A DNA stretch of 64,000 nt, from NCBI GenBank assembly GCA_017443595.1, contig JAFSYU010000033.1, positions 14,549-78,548 on the forward strand, read 5' to 3'. The notes beneath the pieces are model-generated. The model searched no databases. It worked only from the letters and a program-made list of their open reading frames with translations, and was not told where the DNA came from. The DNA is from Clostridia bacterium (GTDB taxonomy: Bacteria > Bacillota > Clostridia > Oscillospirales > CAG-272). Shown one piece after another: positions 14,678 through 25,652 of this stretch. A program made the translations under genes and the position numbers. The stretch's first letter is position 1. The number at the start of each line of letters is the position of its first letter.

Positions 14678-17638
14678 TTAATGAGCAAGAGCCGCTTCAA
14701 GCGTGTCGCCTAAAAGAACTCTTACGGCGTGGATGTAGTCGTCGTTGTTTGCATACGTTACGACGCTCGTCGTGATACGGCTTATCATTTCATTTGCCGC
14801 TTCTTCGCCTAAAGCGTCTTCAAGCATACACAGCATCTGATAATCTTCTATACCGTCACGAATGCTTTCGAGACGCAGAGAAGAAACAGGATATGCCATG
14901 CGGCCGAAGAAATAACCGCTGTATATCAGAATCCCGTCTCCGAAAGGAGTGCCTGAACTGTTGTTCATATAGTTGACGCCCTGATAGTTGTTGACAGCCC
15001 AGTAAAGCATACCTGTAACGTCGTATTCCTTCATCTGCCACATACTTACTATTGCTTCGGTACCGTCAGAAAGTATCTGCCAGTTTGTATAAGGCTCCGT
15101 GGGGTTGATGCATATATAAGTCCACAACTCGTCGCCTTCTGAAACCTCTTTTTTCATTCTGTCCATGTACGTGCCGTATTTTTCATCCTGCTGTTCGCTC
15201 TGCAAAAACGATACGCGGGAAACAAAGCTCAGATCGCGCGTTGTGAACGCATCAAGCTTCGGACACCAGATCTTCACGTAATCGCTGAGATATCCGACCA
15301 AGTCAATATCAGAGGCTGCAAACGACGAAGCTGACGTTCCGGCGGATGTGAGGTCAGGGTTGCGTTCAAACGGAATTACCATCCTGTAATCCGGTGTATT
15401 AGCTTTGATCCTGGCCGTGATATTTCTCATGTTTTCAAGGTCAGTTGCAATAGAGCGGTGTGCTCCGGGTTCGTCCAATTCGCCGGGATAATAAATAACT
15501 TTGTCTATCCAGCCGGGCGTTACACCGCCGACGTCCTCCGTAACGCTTGTATCACGGTTGTCCCAACGGCAGGTATTTGTTCTCGGGTCACTCATGTAGG
15601 TGACTCCTTTGCTTGATGTCATACCGCCTTCGCTCGCCGGGAAATCCATTATGTTTATTCTGTATTTCTGGAAAAAGTAGAAGTAATTTCTGACTGCATC
15701 ATAATAATCAAAGTCTACAACGTCCCAGTTATAATGGCTGCTGATATATCCGGTCCACAAAGCAAACGCCGTACGCAGCTCGGTTTCGTCTGTAAGTGCA
15801 AAGTCCCATACTTTAACAGCTGCCGGAGCTCGTTTTATCTCTTTGTTTGTGTCGGCGTCGTAGATATGTATTACGGATTCATAGAGCCCCGCAGGCGTAT
15901 TCTTTGCCGTTGTAAACTGTATTAAAAATCCCTGTGAATTGCCCGCAGATATATCGATAGGATCGGTAAGCGGCGGTATCGCATCCGGCATCATTGTATT
16001 ATTTATGTTATGATAATACTCATAAAATACTTCAAACGGAACCGTGTTTCCCTTACCGTCATTAAAATCATCGATTTCAACTCTTACTTTTAGGTCTTTT
16101 TGCGGAGCTATGAAGAACTGGCAGTTTTCCGATTCGTTTTTCGCCATTCTTACGGTATAACCGGTACGTCCGGTGCTTTCCGTATCGTTTTGATACGTTT
16201 TCTCAGTCGTCTGATCGAACCAGAGCTTTACGCTTTCATCTTCGTACGGTGCGACAAGAACGCTGTTTGCAAGTACGTCGTTATCTGTCAGGGTGCTGTC
16301 GTAATTAAGGCAGTATTCCTCGTGATTGCAAAGCGTAAGCGCGTCGTTTATGTTATCGCTGATCACAACGCCTCCGATCTCAATACTGCCGGCGGGATTA
16401 AAATTGTTGACTGTGATACCTATCTTTTTGATAAGTTCCTCAGTAAGTTCTATATCGCGTATGTTGAACATAGCGCCCTGCCAGTCTTCATTTGAATAGT
16501 CTAAATATGATTTCTGGTTAGAAACCCATTTGATTGTTCCAGACACGTCTGTAACGCTCGACAGAGCAATATTCATATTGGTTTGACCTTTAGCTTTGAC
16601 GCGCACGGCAACATAATCGCTTTTTTTAACGTATTTTCCGTTTTGTTCCGCTATAGAACGAAGATCAAGTGTTAATTTTAACGTTTTTACCGCTGACGTG
16701 ATGAGAGCCGTATTGACTCCGCTATCGTCAGAATGGGTTATAGACGTTTTTTCAGTTGTAGTCGTTATATAATCCGATATCTCACCGTTATTCGGGAAAT
16801 ATAGGGAGTTTTCATATTCGTATTCCAGATCTGCCGGCGTCATTTTCGTATAAGCGAGAGCAGATTCAAAATCGGCAAAGAAGCCTATTTCGGATATGGT
16901 CATAGTCATACCTTTGACTGCGTCTCCGCCCGCCCAGTCGATACGCATGGTACTCAGCTTTTCAGGCTCTGTAAACGTTGTCTTTGTCATATCGACAATT
17001 ACATAATGGAATTTATTGTCCGCTCTGTATATTGCTGAGGCTGTATCACCTGCCGCCGGATTATGCGTGAATAATTCGATATAACCGTCCGCGTTCGATT
17101 TTAATCTGATAACAACGTATGAACCGTCTTTACCGGAGAGCGCGGGCTTTCCGGTCAGTTCAGCGTATTTTGCTATGTTGAATGTCGCGTAGGGATCTGA
17201 CGTGCCGGATGTGGTTGTACAGGTAAGAGAAATGCCTGTATTTGCTAACGACACAGTTGTTTGTTTGATGCCGGCAAGCGTCGATTTTGTCTTATCGTTC
17301 CATAACCTGTATACGTTGTCAAGTTCGGGGAGCGCACCGTAGAATATTTCATAATCCTCGCCGTTCAGATAACGGAACAGAACGGTGACGTCCTTATTAT
17401 TTATTTTGCCGTCGCCCGTGGTATCGCAGGCTGTAACGTCGACGTCGTTATCACCCAAGCTTCCGCTGAGATAGCGGAAAAGACAAACGACGTCTTTGTT
17501 GTCCGTTTTTCCGTCTTTGCTGACGTCGCCGGGAAGCTTTGAATCAACAGCATTTGAGCTGATCGTTCCGATCAGCGTGCAGATCATCATCGCGACCGCA
17601 ATAACGGCGGAAAGCGAACTTTTTAAAGTTTTCTTCAT
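14678..17638 (-). CDS. Secreted protein with an N-terminal dockerin and a C-terminal DUF4091 (GH123-like) region
   Basis: Likely start is MKKTLKS at 17638 (AAGGAGAAAAC RBS); the ORF track start at 17713 is probably too far upstream. After the signal peptide come two EF-hand-like dockerin repeats: DVSKDGKTDNKDVVCLFRYLSG and DTTGDGKINNKDVTVLFRYLNG. The C-terminal WTYICINPTEPYTNW...GMLYWAVN resembles DUF4091. Confidence 0.7.
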   Translation of the reverse strand: MKKTLKSSLSAVIAVAMMICTLIGTISSNAVDSKLPGDVSKDGKTDNKDVVCLFRYLSGSLGDNDVDVTACDTTGDGKINNKDVTVLFRYLNGEDYEIFYGALPELDNVYRLWNDKTKSTLAGIKQTTVSLANTGISLTCTTTSGTSDPYATFNIAKYAELTGKPALSGKDGSYVVIRLKSNADGYIELFTHNPAAGDTASAIYRADNKFHYVIVDMTKTTFTEPEKLSTMRIDWAGGDAVKGMTMTISEIGFFADFESALAYTKMTPADLEYEYENSLYFPNNGEISDYITTTTEKTSITHSDDSGVNTALITSAVKTLKLTLDLRSIAEQNGKYVKKSDYVAVRVKAKGQTNMNIALSSVTDVSGTIKWVSNQKSYLDYSNEDWQGAMFNIRDIELTEELIKKIGITVNNFNPAGSIEIGGVVISDNINDALTLCNHEEYCLNYDSTLTDNDVLANSVLVAPYEDESVKLWFDQTTEKTYQNDTESTGRTGYTVRMAKNESENCQFFIAPQKDLKVRVEIDDFNDGKGNTVPFEVFYEYYHNINNTMMPDAIPPLTDPIDISAGNSQGFLIQFTTAKNTPAGLYESVIHIYDADTNKEIKRAPAAVKVWDFALTDETELRTAFALWTGYISSHYNWDVVDFDYYDAVRNYFYFFQKYRINIMDFPASEGGMTSSKGVTYMSDPRTNTCRWDNRDTSVTEDVGGVTPGWIDKVIYYPGELDEPGAHRSIATDLENMRNITARIKANTPDYRMVIPFERNPDLTSAGTSASSFAASDIDLVGYLSDYVKIWCPKLDAFTTRDLSFVSRVSFLQSEQQDEKYGTYMDRMKKEVSEGDELWTYICINPTEPYTNWQILSDGTEAIVSMWQMKEYDVTGMLYWAVNNYQGVNYMNNSSGTPFGDGILIYSGYFFGRMAYPVSSLRLESIRDGIEDYQMLCMLEDALGEEAANEMISRITTSVVTYANNDDYIHAVRVLLGDTLEAALAH

Positions 17639-17740
17639 TTGTTTTCTCCTTGTACTGATTGCTTTAAAACGGATCCGTACAGATCCGGGATATAACATCT
17701 TACAGTATACCATAAAAAGAGTAAAAAATCAAGCAAAATA

Positions 17741-17778
17741 ATAAAAAATACCGGAAAAGAATATCGTTTCTTTTCCGG
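17741..17778 (-). terminator. Intrinsic terminator of typA
   Basis: CCGGAAAAGA-loop-TCTTTTCCGG, followed on the minus strand by a T-run. Confidence 0.75.
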
Positions 17779-17790
17779 TTGTCTTTATTA

Positions 17791-19614
17791 TCAGTCTTTC
17801 TTGTTTATAGTTTTGAGTCTCTGTACGTTTGAAAGGATCTTTTTGCGCAGGCGCAGAGATTTCGGAGTTACTTCCATAAGCTCGTCGTCCGCGATGAATT
17901 CTATAGCTTCCTCAAGCGTGAATACCTTGGGCGGTACGAGACGCAGCGCTTCGTCGGCTCCGGCGGAACGTATTGCGGTAAGATGCTTTTTCTTGCATAC
18001 GTTAACGGCAATGTCCACCATCTTCGGACATTCGCCTACGATCATTCCTTCGTAGACCGGCGTCTGTACGCCTATGAACATCGTGCCTCTGTCCTGCGCG
18101 TTGAACAGACCGTACGACGTTGCTTCGCCGTCCTCGCTGGCTATGAGCGATCCGGTGAATCTGCGCGTTATCTCGCCCTTGAACGGCTCGTAGCCGTTGA
18201 AGATAGAGTTTATTATGCCTTCGCCGTGTGAATCCGTCATAAGCTCGGAGCGGTAGCCGATAAGGCATCTTGCGGGAATATTGTATTCAACTTTAGTTCT
18301 CGTGTCGCCGAGAGGCTCCATTGTAAGAAGCTCGCCTTTTCTTGCGCCGAGTTTCTGCATAACGGCGCCGACGTATTCGTTCGGCACGTCTATCGTGACA
18401 AGCTCCATAGGCTCGCACGTTTTGCCTTCTATGGTCTTGAAGAGCACGCGCGGCGTTGAGCAGCAAAGCTCGTAGCCCTCGCGGCGCATCGTTTCTATAA
18501 GTATGGAGAGGTGCATCTCGCCTCTGCCGAGCACTCTGAACTGGTCCGTCGTCTCTCCGTCTTCAACACGAAGCGAAACGTCACGCAAAAGCTCTTTATA
18601 AAGTCTTTCACGGAGCTGGCGGCTCGTAACGAATTTGCCCTCGCGTCCGGCAAACGGGCTGTCGTTTACGGAAAACGTCATTTCCATAGTCGGCTCGGAG
18701 ACTTTTACGAATTCAAGCGGTTCGGGCGCGTCCGTCGCCGTTACCGTATCGCCTATTTCTATATCTTCCGCGCCGGAGAAGCAGACGATGTCGCCGACTG
18801 TCGCCTGATCCGTGTCAACGCGTTTGAGTCCGTCTATCTGCATCAGCTTTACTATCTTTCCGCGGCGCGTCACGTCCGGGTTGTGATAGTTGCAGATCAT
18901 CATATCCTGGCCGGCTTTGATAACGCCGCGCTCGATCCTGCCTATGCCTATCCTTCCGACGTAATCGTTATAGTCGATTGATGAAACAAGAAGCTGAAGC
19001 GGTCCGTTTTCGTCTCCCTCGGGGCAGGGGATATGGTTTATTATAGCTTCAAACAGAACTTTCAGATTTTCTTCCTGATGATCGGGTGAAAGCGAAGCCG
19101 TGCCGGCGCGGCCGTTGCAGAAAATAACCGGGGAATCAAACTGCTCGTCCGTGGCGTTCAGGTCAAGGAACAGTTCAAGCACCTCGTCAACTACCTCGTG
19201 GCAGCGCGCGTCCGGTCTGTCCACTTTGTTTATAACTATGATAACGCGGTGATTCATTTCAAGCGCTTTTGACAAGACGAATCTCGTCTGCGGCATGGGT
19301 CCTTCCGCCGCGTCAACAAGCAGAACTACGCCGTTGACCATTTTAAGTATACGCTCCACCTCGCCGCCGAAATCCGCGTGCCCGGGGGTGTCTATTATGT
19401 TTATCTTTATACCGTTGTAATGAACGGACGTGTTTTTTGCAAGTATGGTAATGCCGCGCTCGCGTTCAAGCGCGCCGGAGTCCATAACGCGCTCCGTAGT
19501 CACCTGATTTTCACGGAAAATACCGCCCTGTTTGAGCATTTCGTCAACGAGAGTCGTTTTGCCGTGGTCGACGTGTGCGATAATTGCTACGTTTCTCAGA
19601 TCTTCTCTTTTCAC
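17791..19614 (-). CDS. typA: Translational GTPase TypA/BipA
   Basis: 607 aa. [30 protein letters not shown], and EF-G-like domains throughout. Confidence 0.95.
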   Translation of the reverse strand: MKREDLRNVAIIAHVDHGKTTLVDEMLKQGGIFRENQVTTERVMDSGALERERGITILAKNTSVHYNGIKINIIDTPGHADFGGEVERILKMVNGVVLLVDAAEGPMPQTRFVLSKALEMNHRVIIVINKVDRPDARCHEVVDEVLELFLDLNATDEQFDSPVIFCNGRAGTASLSPDHQEENLKVLFEAIINHIPCPEGDENGPLQLLVSSIDYNDYVGRIGIGRIERGVIKAGQDMMICNYHNPDVTRRGKIVKLMQIDGLKRVDTDQATVGDIVCFSGAEDIEIGDTVTATDAPEPLEFVKVSEPTMEMTFSVNDSPFAGREGKFVTSRQLRERLYKELLRDVSLRVEDGETTDQFRVLGRGEMHLSILIETMRREGYELCCSTPRVLFKTIEGKTCEPMELVTIDVPNEYVGAVMQKLGARKGELLTMEPLGDTRTKVEYNIPARCLIGYRSELMTDSHGEGIINSIFNGYEPFKGEITRRFTGSLIASEDGEATSYGLFNAQDRGTMFIGVQTPVYEGMIVGECPKMVDIAVNVCKKKHLTAIRSAGADEALRLVPPKVFTLEEAIEFIADDELMEVTPKSLRLRKKILSNVQRLKTINKKD

Positions 19615-19804
19615 TTAAAATTTCCCCTTAATAAAATTTAACCAAAAAATTATATCAGTATTTTTTTATAAATTTTTATCAATATTGTTATTTTATTGTA
19701 AAAACACAGCTATTTTAAAAAAATAAGAAAAATTCAAATATACCGTTGATTTTTCGGGATATATTTGGTATACTGAATATAATATAATATTTTGCGGGAG
19801 TAAA

Positions 19805-21655
19805 ATGTTTTACAAGGATACTTTATTAAAACAGGTTTTAAAACCGGGAAGATACACCGGCGGTGAATACGGACAGGTCATAAAGGACTTGAAAAATATC
19901 AAATGCCGCTGGGCTTTCGCGTTCCCGGACACTTATGAAATAGGGATGTCTAACTTGGGCGTCCGTATACTTTACGGCGTTTTGAACGAAGCGGACGACG
20001 TTTACTGTGAGCGCGCGTACGCTCCGTGGGTGGATATGGAGGAACAGCTTATAAAATACGGTCTGCCTCTGACGTCGCACGAAACGGGAACGCCGCTGTC
20101 CGAATTTGATATTTTAGGCTTCACTCTGCAGTATGAGCTGTGCTATACAAACGTGCTTAATATGCTGAAGCTGTCGCATATACCGCTTTTGTCGGCAGAA
20201 CGCGGAGAAAACGATCCGATCGTTATAGGCGGCGGGCCATGCTCTTATAATCCCGAGCCGTTAGCGGATTTCTTTGACGTGTTTTCGATAGGCGAAGGCG
20301 AAGAAGCGCTGCCTGAATTTTCGCGTCTTTACATAAAAATGAAAGCGGACGGCAGCTATACGCGAAAAGCGTTTTTACACGAGGCGGCAAAGCTGCCCGG
20401 ATTTTACGTTCCGTCGCTTTACGACGTTTCATATAACGAAGACGGCACGGTCAGGGAATACCGCCCTGTATACGACGATATACCTAAAACCGTTACAAAA
20501 CGTATCATAGAGGATTTCAATAAAGCGTATTTTCCCGATATGCCCGTAATGCCTTATATAGAGTGCGTTCAGGACAGGATAACGCTTGAGATAATGCGCG
20601 GCTGTATACGCGGATGCCGTTTCTGCCAGGCGGGTATGATATACCGCCCGATACGCGAAAAAGACCCGGCTTTGCTCAACGAACAGGCGAAGAAAACGTT
20701 TGAAAATACGGGATATGATGAAATATCGCTTTGTTCGCTGTCCACGTCGGATTACACCGGACTGCGCGAGCTGACCGACGGGCTTTTGTCCTGGACGGAT
20801 GAGAATATGATAAGTCTTACGCTGCCGTCGCTTCGCGCGGACAGCTTTACGGACGAGCTTATGAAAAAAATAAGCAGCGTAAGAACGTCAACTCTTACTT
20901 TTGCGCCGGAAGCCGGAACGCAGCGCCTGCGCGACGTAATAAATAAAAATTTGACACAAGAAGAAGTCCTGCGCGCCTGCAAGGTCGCTTTCGCGTCCGG
21001 CAAGACCGCCGTCAAACTGTATTTCATGATAGGACATCCGACGGAAACGGACGAGGATATAAAAGGCATTGCGGATTTAGCAAAAACCGTTATAAACGCG
21101 TTTTATGAGACGGAGGACAGACCTAAAGGCAAGCCGCAGGTGACGATATCCGTCGCGTGCTTTATCCCCAAACCCTTCACGGCGTTTCAGTGGGAGCCGC
21201 AGAACACGCTTGACGAATACAAGCGCAAACAAAGACTGTTGGGCGACTGCTGTAACGACAGGCGCATAAAATACAATTATCACGACGCGGACGGTTCACT
21301 TATCGAAGCCGTTCTGGCGCGCGGCGACAGAAAGCTCTGCAAAGTCATGCAGCTTGCCTGCGACCGCGGCATGAGGTTTGACGCGTGGAGCGAATATTTT
21401 GAATTTGACAAATGGATGCGGTTGTTTGCAGACTGCGGTATAGACCCGGCGTTTTACGCAAACAGAGAGCGCAGCTGCGACGAAGTTCTGCCGTGGGACG
21501 TTATCGACTGCGGCATAAGCAAGAAATTTTTGGCAAACGAGCGCAAAAAAGCGTATGACGGCAAAACCACGCAATGCTGCGCGGAAGGCTGCGCGGGATG
21601 CGGCGCAAACAGGCTTGGAGGGGAGAACAGATGGTGTCCGGTTATAAAAAAATAA
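19805..21655 (+). CDS. B12-binding-domain radical SAM protein, TIGR03960 family
   Basis: N-terminal KPGRYTGGEYG, the radical SAM cluster motif CIRGCRFCQAG, and a 616-aa length typical of this family. Confidence 0.8.
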   Translation: MFYKDTLLKQVLKPGRYTGGEYGQVIKDLKNIKCRWAFAFPDTYEIGMSNLGVRILYGVLNEADDVYCERAYAPWVDMEEQLIKYGLPLTSHETGTPLSEFDILGFTLQYELCYTNVLNMLKLSHIPLLSAERGENDPIVIGGGPCSYNPEPLADFFDVFSIGEGEEALPEFSRLYIKMKADGSYTRKAFLHEAAKLPGFYVPSLYDVSYNEDGTVREYRPVYDDIPKTVTKRIIEDFNKAYFPDMPVMPYIECVQDRITLEIMRGCIRGCRFCQAGMIYRPIREKDPALLNEQAKKTFENTGYDEISLCSLSTSDYTGLRELTDGLLSWTDENMISLTLPSLRADSFTDELMKKISSVRTSTLTFAPEAGTQRLRDVINKNLTQEEVLRACKVAFASGKTAVKLYFMIGHPTETDEDIKGIADLAKTVINAFYETEDRPKGKPQVTISVACFIPKPFTAFQWEPQNTLDEYKRKQRLLGDCCNDRRIKYNYHDADGSLIEAVLARGDRKLCKVMQLACDRGMRFDAWSEYFEFDKWMRLFADCGIDPAFYANRERSCDEVLPWDVIDCGISKKFLANERKKAYDGKTTQCCAEGCAGCGANRLGGENRWCPVIKK

Positions 21656-22323
21656 GACTGAAATTCCAAAAAACGGGCAACGGCAAATTCATCTCCCACC
21701 TTGACCTTGACAGAACGATGAAATCCGTGCTGACGCGCGCAAAAGTTAAAGTTGAGCATACGCACGGTTACAACCCGCGCCCGTATCTCGTGTTCTCGCT
21801 TCCCACCGCTGTCGGAACGGAGAGCTTATGCGAATTTCTTGATATAAAAGTGCCGGAAGGCGATGAGATTGCGGATATTCCGGATAGACTAAACAAAAAT
21901 CTGCCGCCGGATATACGCGTGCTTTCCGTATATGAGCCGCAGAGCGATTTCCGACAAATATCGTACTCCGAATATGAGATAATGATAATATCCCCGGATA
22001 TAACGGCTGATTTTGCAAAGCGGACGGAAGAGCTTTTCAAGTCGCCCGTTATTATTGAAAAGCGGACGAAGAAAACCGAGAGCGGATTTATGGATTTTGA
22101 CGTATCTCCGTACGTAAAAAGCATATCGGCAAAAAACACGGCGGAGCATACCGTTATGATAAATACGGTGGTATCCGCGGAGAACGCAACGTATATAAAC
22201 CCGGAATATATAGTAAAGGCGCTGTGCAAGTATTTTGAGCTTGATTTAAACGATCCGAACAGCTGTCTTTACACCGTTATGCGCGTCGGCGTATATAAAG
22301 CCGACGGCGAAAAGTTTGAATAA
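21631..22323 (+). CDS. TIGR03936 (DUF2344) radical-SAM-associated protein
   Basis: KIRLKFQKTGNGKFISHLDLDRTMKSVLTRAKVKVEHTHGYNPRP. The likely start is ATG at 21631 after GGAGGGGAG; the ORF track start at 21574 is probably too far upstream. It overlaps the 3' end of the preceding gene by 25 nt. Confidence 0.75.
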   Translation: MVSGYKKIRLKFQKTGNGKFISHLDLDRTMKSVLTRAKVKVEHTHGYNPRPYLVFSLPTAVGTESLCEFLDIKVPEGDEIADIPDRLNKNLPPDIRVLSVYEPQSDFRQISYSEYEIMIISPDITADFAKRTEELFKSPVIIEKRTKKTESGFMDFDVSPYVKSISAKNTAEHTVMINTVVSAENATYINPEYIVKALCKYFELDLNDPNSCLYTVMRVGVYKADGEKFE

Positions 22324-22337
22324 AGAGAGGGGAAACA

Positions 22338-24305
22338 ATGCAAAGCAAGTGGATATGGTACAGAGGCGACTACGAGATATATCACGGCCTTAAACTGCAT
22401 GAAAGACGGTACGAGTTCGGCGTGAACATACCGCCGTTCTGGTCGCAGCCCGCGGTTTATCCCACCGTCACGTTTACGAAAACGTTTGAGGCAAAAGCCG
22501 AAGGATACGTTAAAATAATAGCCTGCGGCAACGGTTACGTCAATTTTGACGGCGGCAAAAAATACCGTATGGGAGATGATATATTCTTTTCCGAGGGAAC
22601 TCACACCATAAACGTGACCGTAAACGAATACCGCGATCTGCCGTGTATTTACGCGGTGTCCGACACCGTTGCAACGGACAGAAGCTGGCTCGTATCCGAT
22701 AACACCTGCGAATTTATAAACGCCGGTGACAATCCCGCTTATACCGATCCGGACGTAACGCCGCTGCAGTTCCCGTTTTCATACCGCCGCATAATGCCGC
22801 AGAGCCTGACTCAGTATGGCGAGGGCATGATGTACGATTTCGGTTCCGAGACGTTTGCCGAGCTTATGATAGAAAACGCGATAGACACCGCGGAACTTAC
22901 GGTTTATTTCGGCGAATCCGAAGAAGAAGCTGCGGATATAAAAAACGCGTATCTTTTTGAAAAATGCGAGGGGATGATGAGTTACCGCCTGTCAGCGCGC
23001 GCTTTCAGATACGTTTACATCCCGGACAAGCTCGCGGCAAGTCTTAAAATTAGCGCGTATTACGAATATCTGCCGCTTGAAGACATTGGCAGCTTTGAAT
23101 GTGAGGACAAGCTGATAAACGACGTTTGGAAAACGTGCGCGTACACGTTCCATCTCTGCTCTCGCGAGTTTTTCTTAGATGGTATAAAACGCGACAGGTG
23201 GGTCTGGTCCGGCGACGCTTATCAAAGCTATATGATAAACAATTATCTCTTCCACGATAACGATATAACGCGCCGCACCATAACGCTGCTTTTGGGCAAG
23301 CCGCCGTATAAACAGCATATAAACAGCATAAACGACTATTCCGCGTATCTGATCTGCGGCGTATACGACTATTATTTCTCAAGCGGCGATATAGATTTTG
23401 TAAAATTCATTTTGCCGAGGGTAAAAGCGTTATACGACTTTATCATATCACGTCTTGACGGGCGCGGCTACGTTGTTCAAAGACCCGGCGACTGGATATT
23501 CATAGACTGGGCGGATATAGATAAAAACGGCGCCGCCGCCGGCGAACAGATGCTTTTATATAAAGCCATGACGTCTATGTATAAGCTCTGCGAAGCGTGC
23601 GGCGAAGACGGGTCGGCTTATACGGAGCAGGCGGAATTGTTAAAAAACAACATAAACCGCGATTTCTGGCGCACCGACCGCGGAGCGTACGTTGACAGCT
23701 TTGATTCGGGGCTTGAAAGAGTCGGCAGACATACAAACGTTCTGGCGCTTATGACCGGCGTTGCTGACGAAGAAAAAAAGGACGCTATTATAGAAAAGGT
23801 CCTTAAAAACGACGGTATACCGCATATTACAACGCCGTATTTCGGCTTTTACGAGCTTGACGCGCTTTGCGAATGCGGAGAATTCGAGTATGCAACACAG
23901 CAGATACGTTCATACTGGGGCGGAATGCTGAAACTGGGCGCGACGTCGATCTGGGAACAGTATCTGCCAAACGAACAGGGCGCGGAGCACTACGCCATGT
24001 ACGGAATGAAATACGGCAGATCCTTGTGTCACGCGTGGGGCGCAGGTCCCGTATATCTGCTCGGCAGATATTATTTAGGCGTTAAAGTCACCTCACCGGG
24101 GGCGAAGACGTTTGAGGTAAGACCGCAGACCGGCGGACTTGAAAAGATAATGGGCACCGTGCCGCTTAACGGCGGTTACGTTTACGTGGAGTATGAGAAC
24201 GGAACGCTCAAAGTCTATACGGACAAATCCGGCGGAACGCTCGTCATAGGAAACAAAAGGCTCGCCCTTAAAAAGGACGAGAACCTTATTGTAAATATCA
24301 AGTGA
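22338..24305 (+). CDS. GH78-like (alpha-L-rhamnosidase family) six-hairpin glycosidase
   Basis: LDGIKRDRWVWSGDAYQS and the C-terminal SLCHAWGAGPVYLL are typical of the rhamnosidase catalytic domain. Confidence 0.6.
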   Translation: MQSKWIWYRGDYEIYHGLKLHERRYEFGVNIPPFWSQPAVYPTVTFTKTFEAKAEGYVKIIACGNGYVNFDGGKKYRMGDDIFFSEGTHTINVTVNEYRDLPCIYAVSDTVATDRSWLVSDNTCEFINAGDNPAYTDPDVTPLQFPFSYRRIMPQSLTQYGEGMMYDFGSETFAELMIENAIDTAELTVYFGESEEEAADIKNAYLFEKCEGMMSYRLSARAFRYVYIPDKLAASLKISAYYEYLPLEDIGSFECEDKLINDVWKTCAYTFHLCSREFFLDGIKRDRWVWSGDAYQSYMINNYLFHDNDITRRTITLLLGKPPYKQHINSINDYSAYLICGVYDYYFSSGDIDFVKFILPRVKALYDFIISRLDGRGYVVQRPGDWIFIDWADIDKNGAAAGEQMLLYKAMTSMYKLCEACGEDGSAYTEQAELLKNNINRDFWRTDRGAYVDSFDSGLERVGRHTNVLALMTGVADEEKKDAIIEKVLKNDGIPHITTPYFGFYELDALCECGEFEYATQQIRSYWGGMLKLGATSIWEQYLPNEQGAEHYAMYGMKYGRSLCHAWGAGPVYLLGRYYLGVKVTSPGAKTFEVRPQTGGLEKIMGTVPLNGGYVYVEYENGTLKVYTDKSGGTLVIGNKRLALKKDENLIVNIK

Positions 24306-24980
24306 TCAAAGCTTTCCGGCAACCAGCTTTTTTATAGGCAAAGCGGACGGGGTGACAACGCCGGATACGACAGCCTCGGGGATCGCGTTTGTCAGTACGG
24401 TCAGACCTATGAAGCCCCAAAGCGTTCCGTATTCGGGAACTGTGGCGGCAATAGCGCCGAACTCTTTGCCCATAAACAGAGCGATACCGCCCAAAACGCC
24501 TATGGTGTTTATCGCGGAACCGGCTATACCGGCAAGCACCGCGCCGGTTATCCTTACGGCGTTCTTTTCCGTCCTGCCCGCTACGGCTTTGTATACAAGA
24601 CCGGAAAGCGTGCCGACGAGTATCCTCGGAACGAAGCAGATAACAAGCGTCCACCAGCTGCCGCCGAAAGTGATACCCTCCGCAAATTCAAATTTGAAAA
24701 ACGGAGTAAAAGCCAAAGACATAACGCCCGGCGCCATGAAAGTCCAGTAAATAAAGCTGAACAGACCGGCTATGAAGCCGAGCACGGATCCGGCTCTTAC
24801 GCCGAGGATAACGCCGGTGATGCATACCGGTATCATTGCAAGCGTTGCCACAAGCGGACCTATCGGTATTGAGCCGAGCGGCGTGAAACAGAATATGGCT
24901 TCAACCGCTATAATGATAGCAAAAAGCACAAGATAGCGGACCTTCTTTTTATCAAAACCTTTTTTGTTGGTCTCTGCCAT
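24306..24980 (-). CDS. ECF-transporter S component (candidate niacin-specific NiaX type, by context)
   Basis: About 220 aa and six TM helices, with FTPLGSIPIGPLVATLAMIPVCITGVILG. It is divergent from pncA-pncB. The likely start is ATG at 24980 after GGAGGTG. Confidence 0.55.
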   Translation of the reverse strand: MAETNKKGFDKKKVRYLVLFAIIIAVEAIFCFTPLGSIPIGPLVATLAMIPVCITGVILGVRAGSVLGFIAGLFSFIYWTFMAPGVMSLAFTPFFKFEFAEGITFGGSWWTLVICFVPRILVGTLSGLVYKAVAGRTEKNAVRITGAVLAGIAGSAINTIGVLGGIALFMGKEFGAIAATVPEYGTLWGFIGLTVLTNAIPEAVVSGVVTPSALPIKKLVAGKL

Positions 24981-25115
24981 AAAAAACACCTCCGTTTGTC
25001 CGAATTTTTAAATATATTATACCTTTGGGGGCAATTTTTGTCAATATTTATTGTTTACAAATTTGCATTTACGTGATATTATTATTATGTTTAACTTAAC
25101 TGAAAGAAAAGGGTT

Positions 25116-25652
25116 ATGAATTTACTTGTTGTTGTTGATTTTCAAAATGATTTTGTTTCCGGCTCGCTCGGTTTTCCCGGCGCCGAAAAGCTTGAAGGAC
25201 CAATACTTAAAAAAATACAGCAGTACCTTATAGAAGACGGAGAGGTGGTGTTCACGCTTGACACGCACGCCTCAAACTATCTTGATACGGAGGAGGGAAA
25301 ATACCTTCCCGTTCCCCACTGCATAAAAGGTACGGAGGGCCATAAGCTTTACGGCAAAGTGGCGAGGATCTCAAAATTCGCCTCCGCCATATTTGAAAAA
25401 GGCACGTTCGGCTGCGAGGCTTTGGGCGAATACATACTTGACGGAAAGTATGAGAATATAGAGTTATGCGGTCTTGTTTCAAATATCTGCGTGCTCTCAA
25501 ACGCCGTTATCGCAAAAACGGCGGCTCCTTACGCGCATATAATCGTTGACGCAAAATGCACGTCCTGTGTCGATCCGGTTCTGAACGAAAAAGCGCTTGA
25601 CGTGATGCAGTCTTTACAGATAGAGGTAAAAGGAAGAAAGGCGCACAAATGA
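25116..25652 (+). CDS. pncA: Nicotinamidase / isochorismatase-family hydrolase
   Basis: VVDFQNDF, the catalytic Cys context CGLVSNICV, and a 4-nt overlap with pncB. Confidence 0.75.
   Translation: MNLLVVVDFQNDFVSGSLGFPGAEKLEGPILKKIQQYLIEDGEVVFTLDTHASNYLDTEEGKYLPVPHCIKGTEGHKLYGKVARISKFASAIFEKGTFGCEALGEYILDGKYENIELCGLVSNICVLSNAVIAKTAAPYAHIIVDAKCTSCVDPVLNEKALDVMQSLQIEVKGRKAHK

Noticed and set aside
24300-24311. Convergent GH78-like and ECF S-component genes abut with their stop codons forming the palindrome TGATCA and no terminator between them
   Set aside because: This is curious but most simply a compact-genome coincidence. There is no structure or repeat to support a regulatory role.
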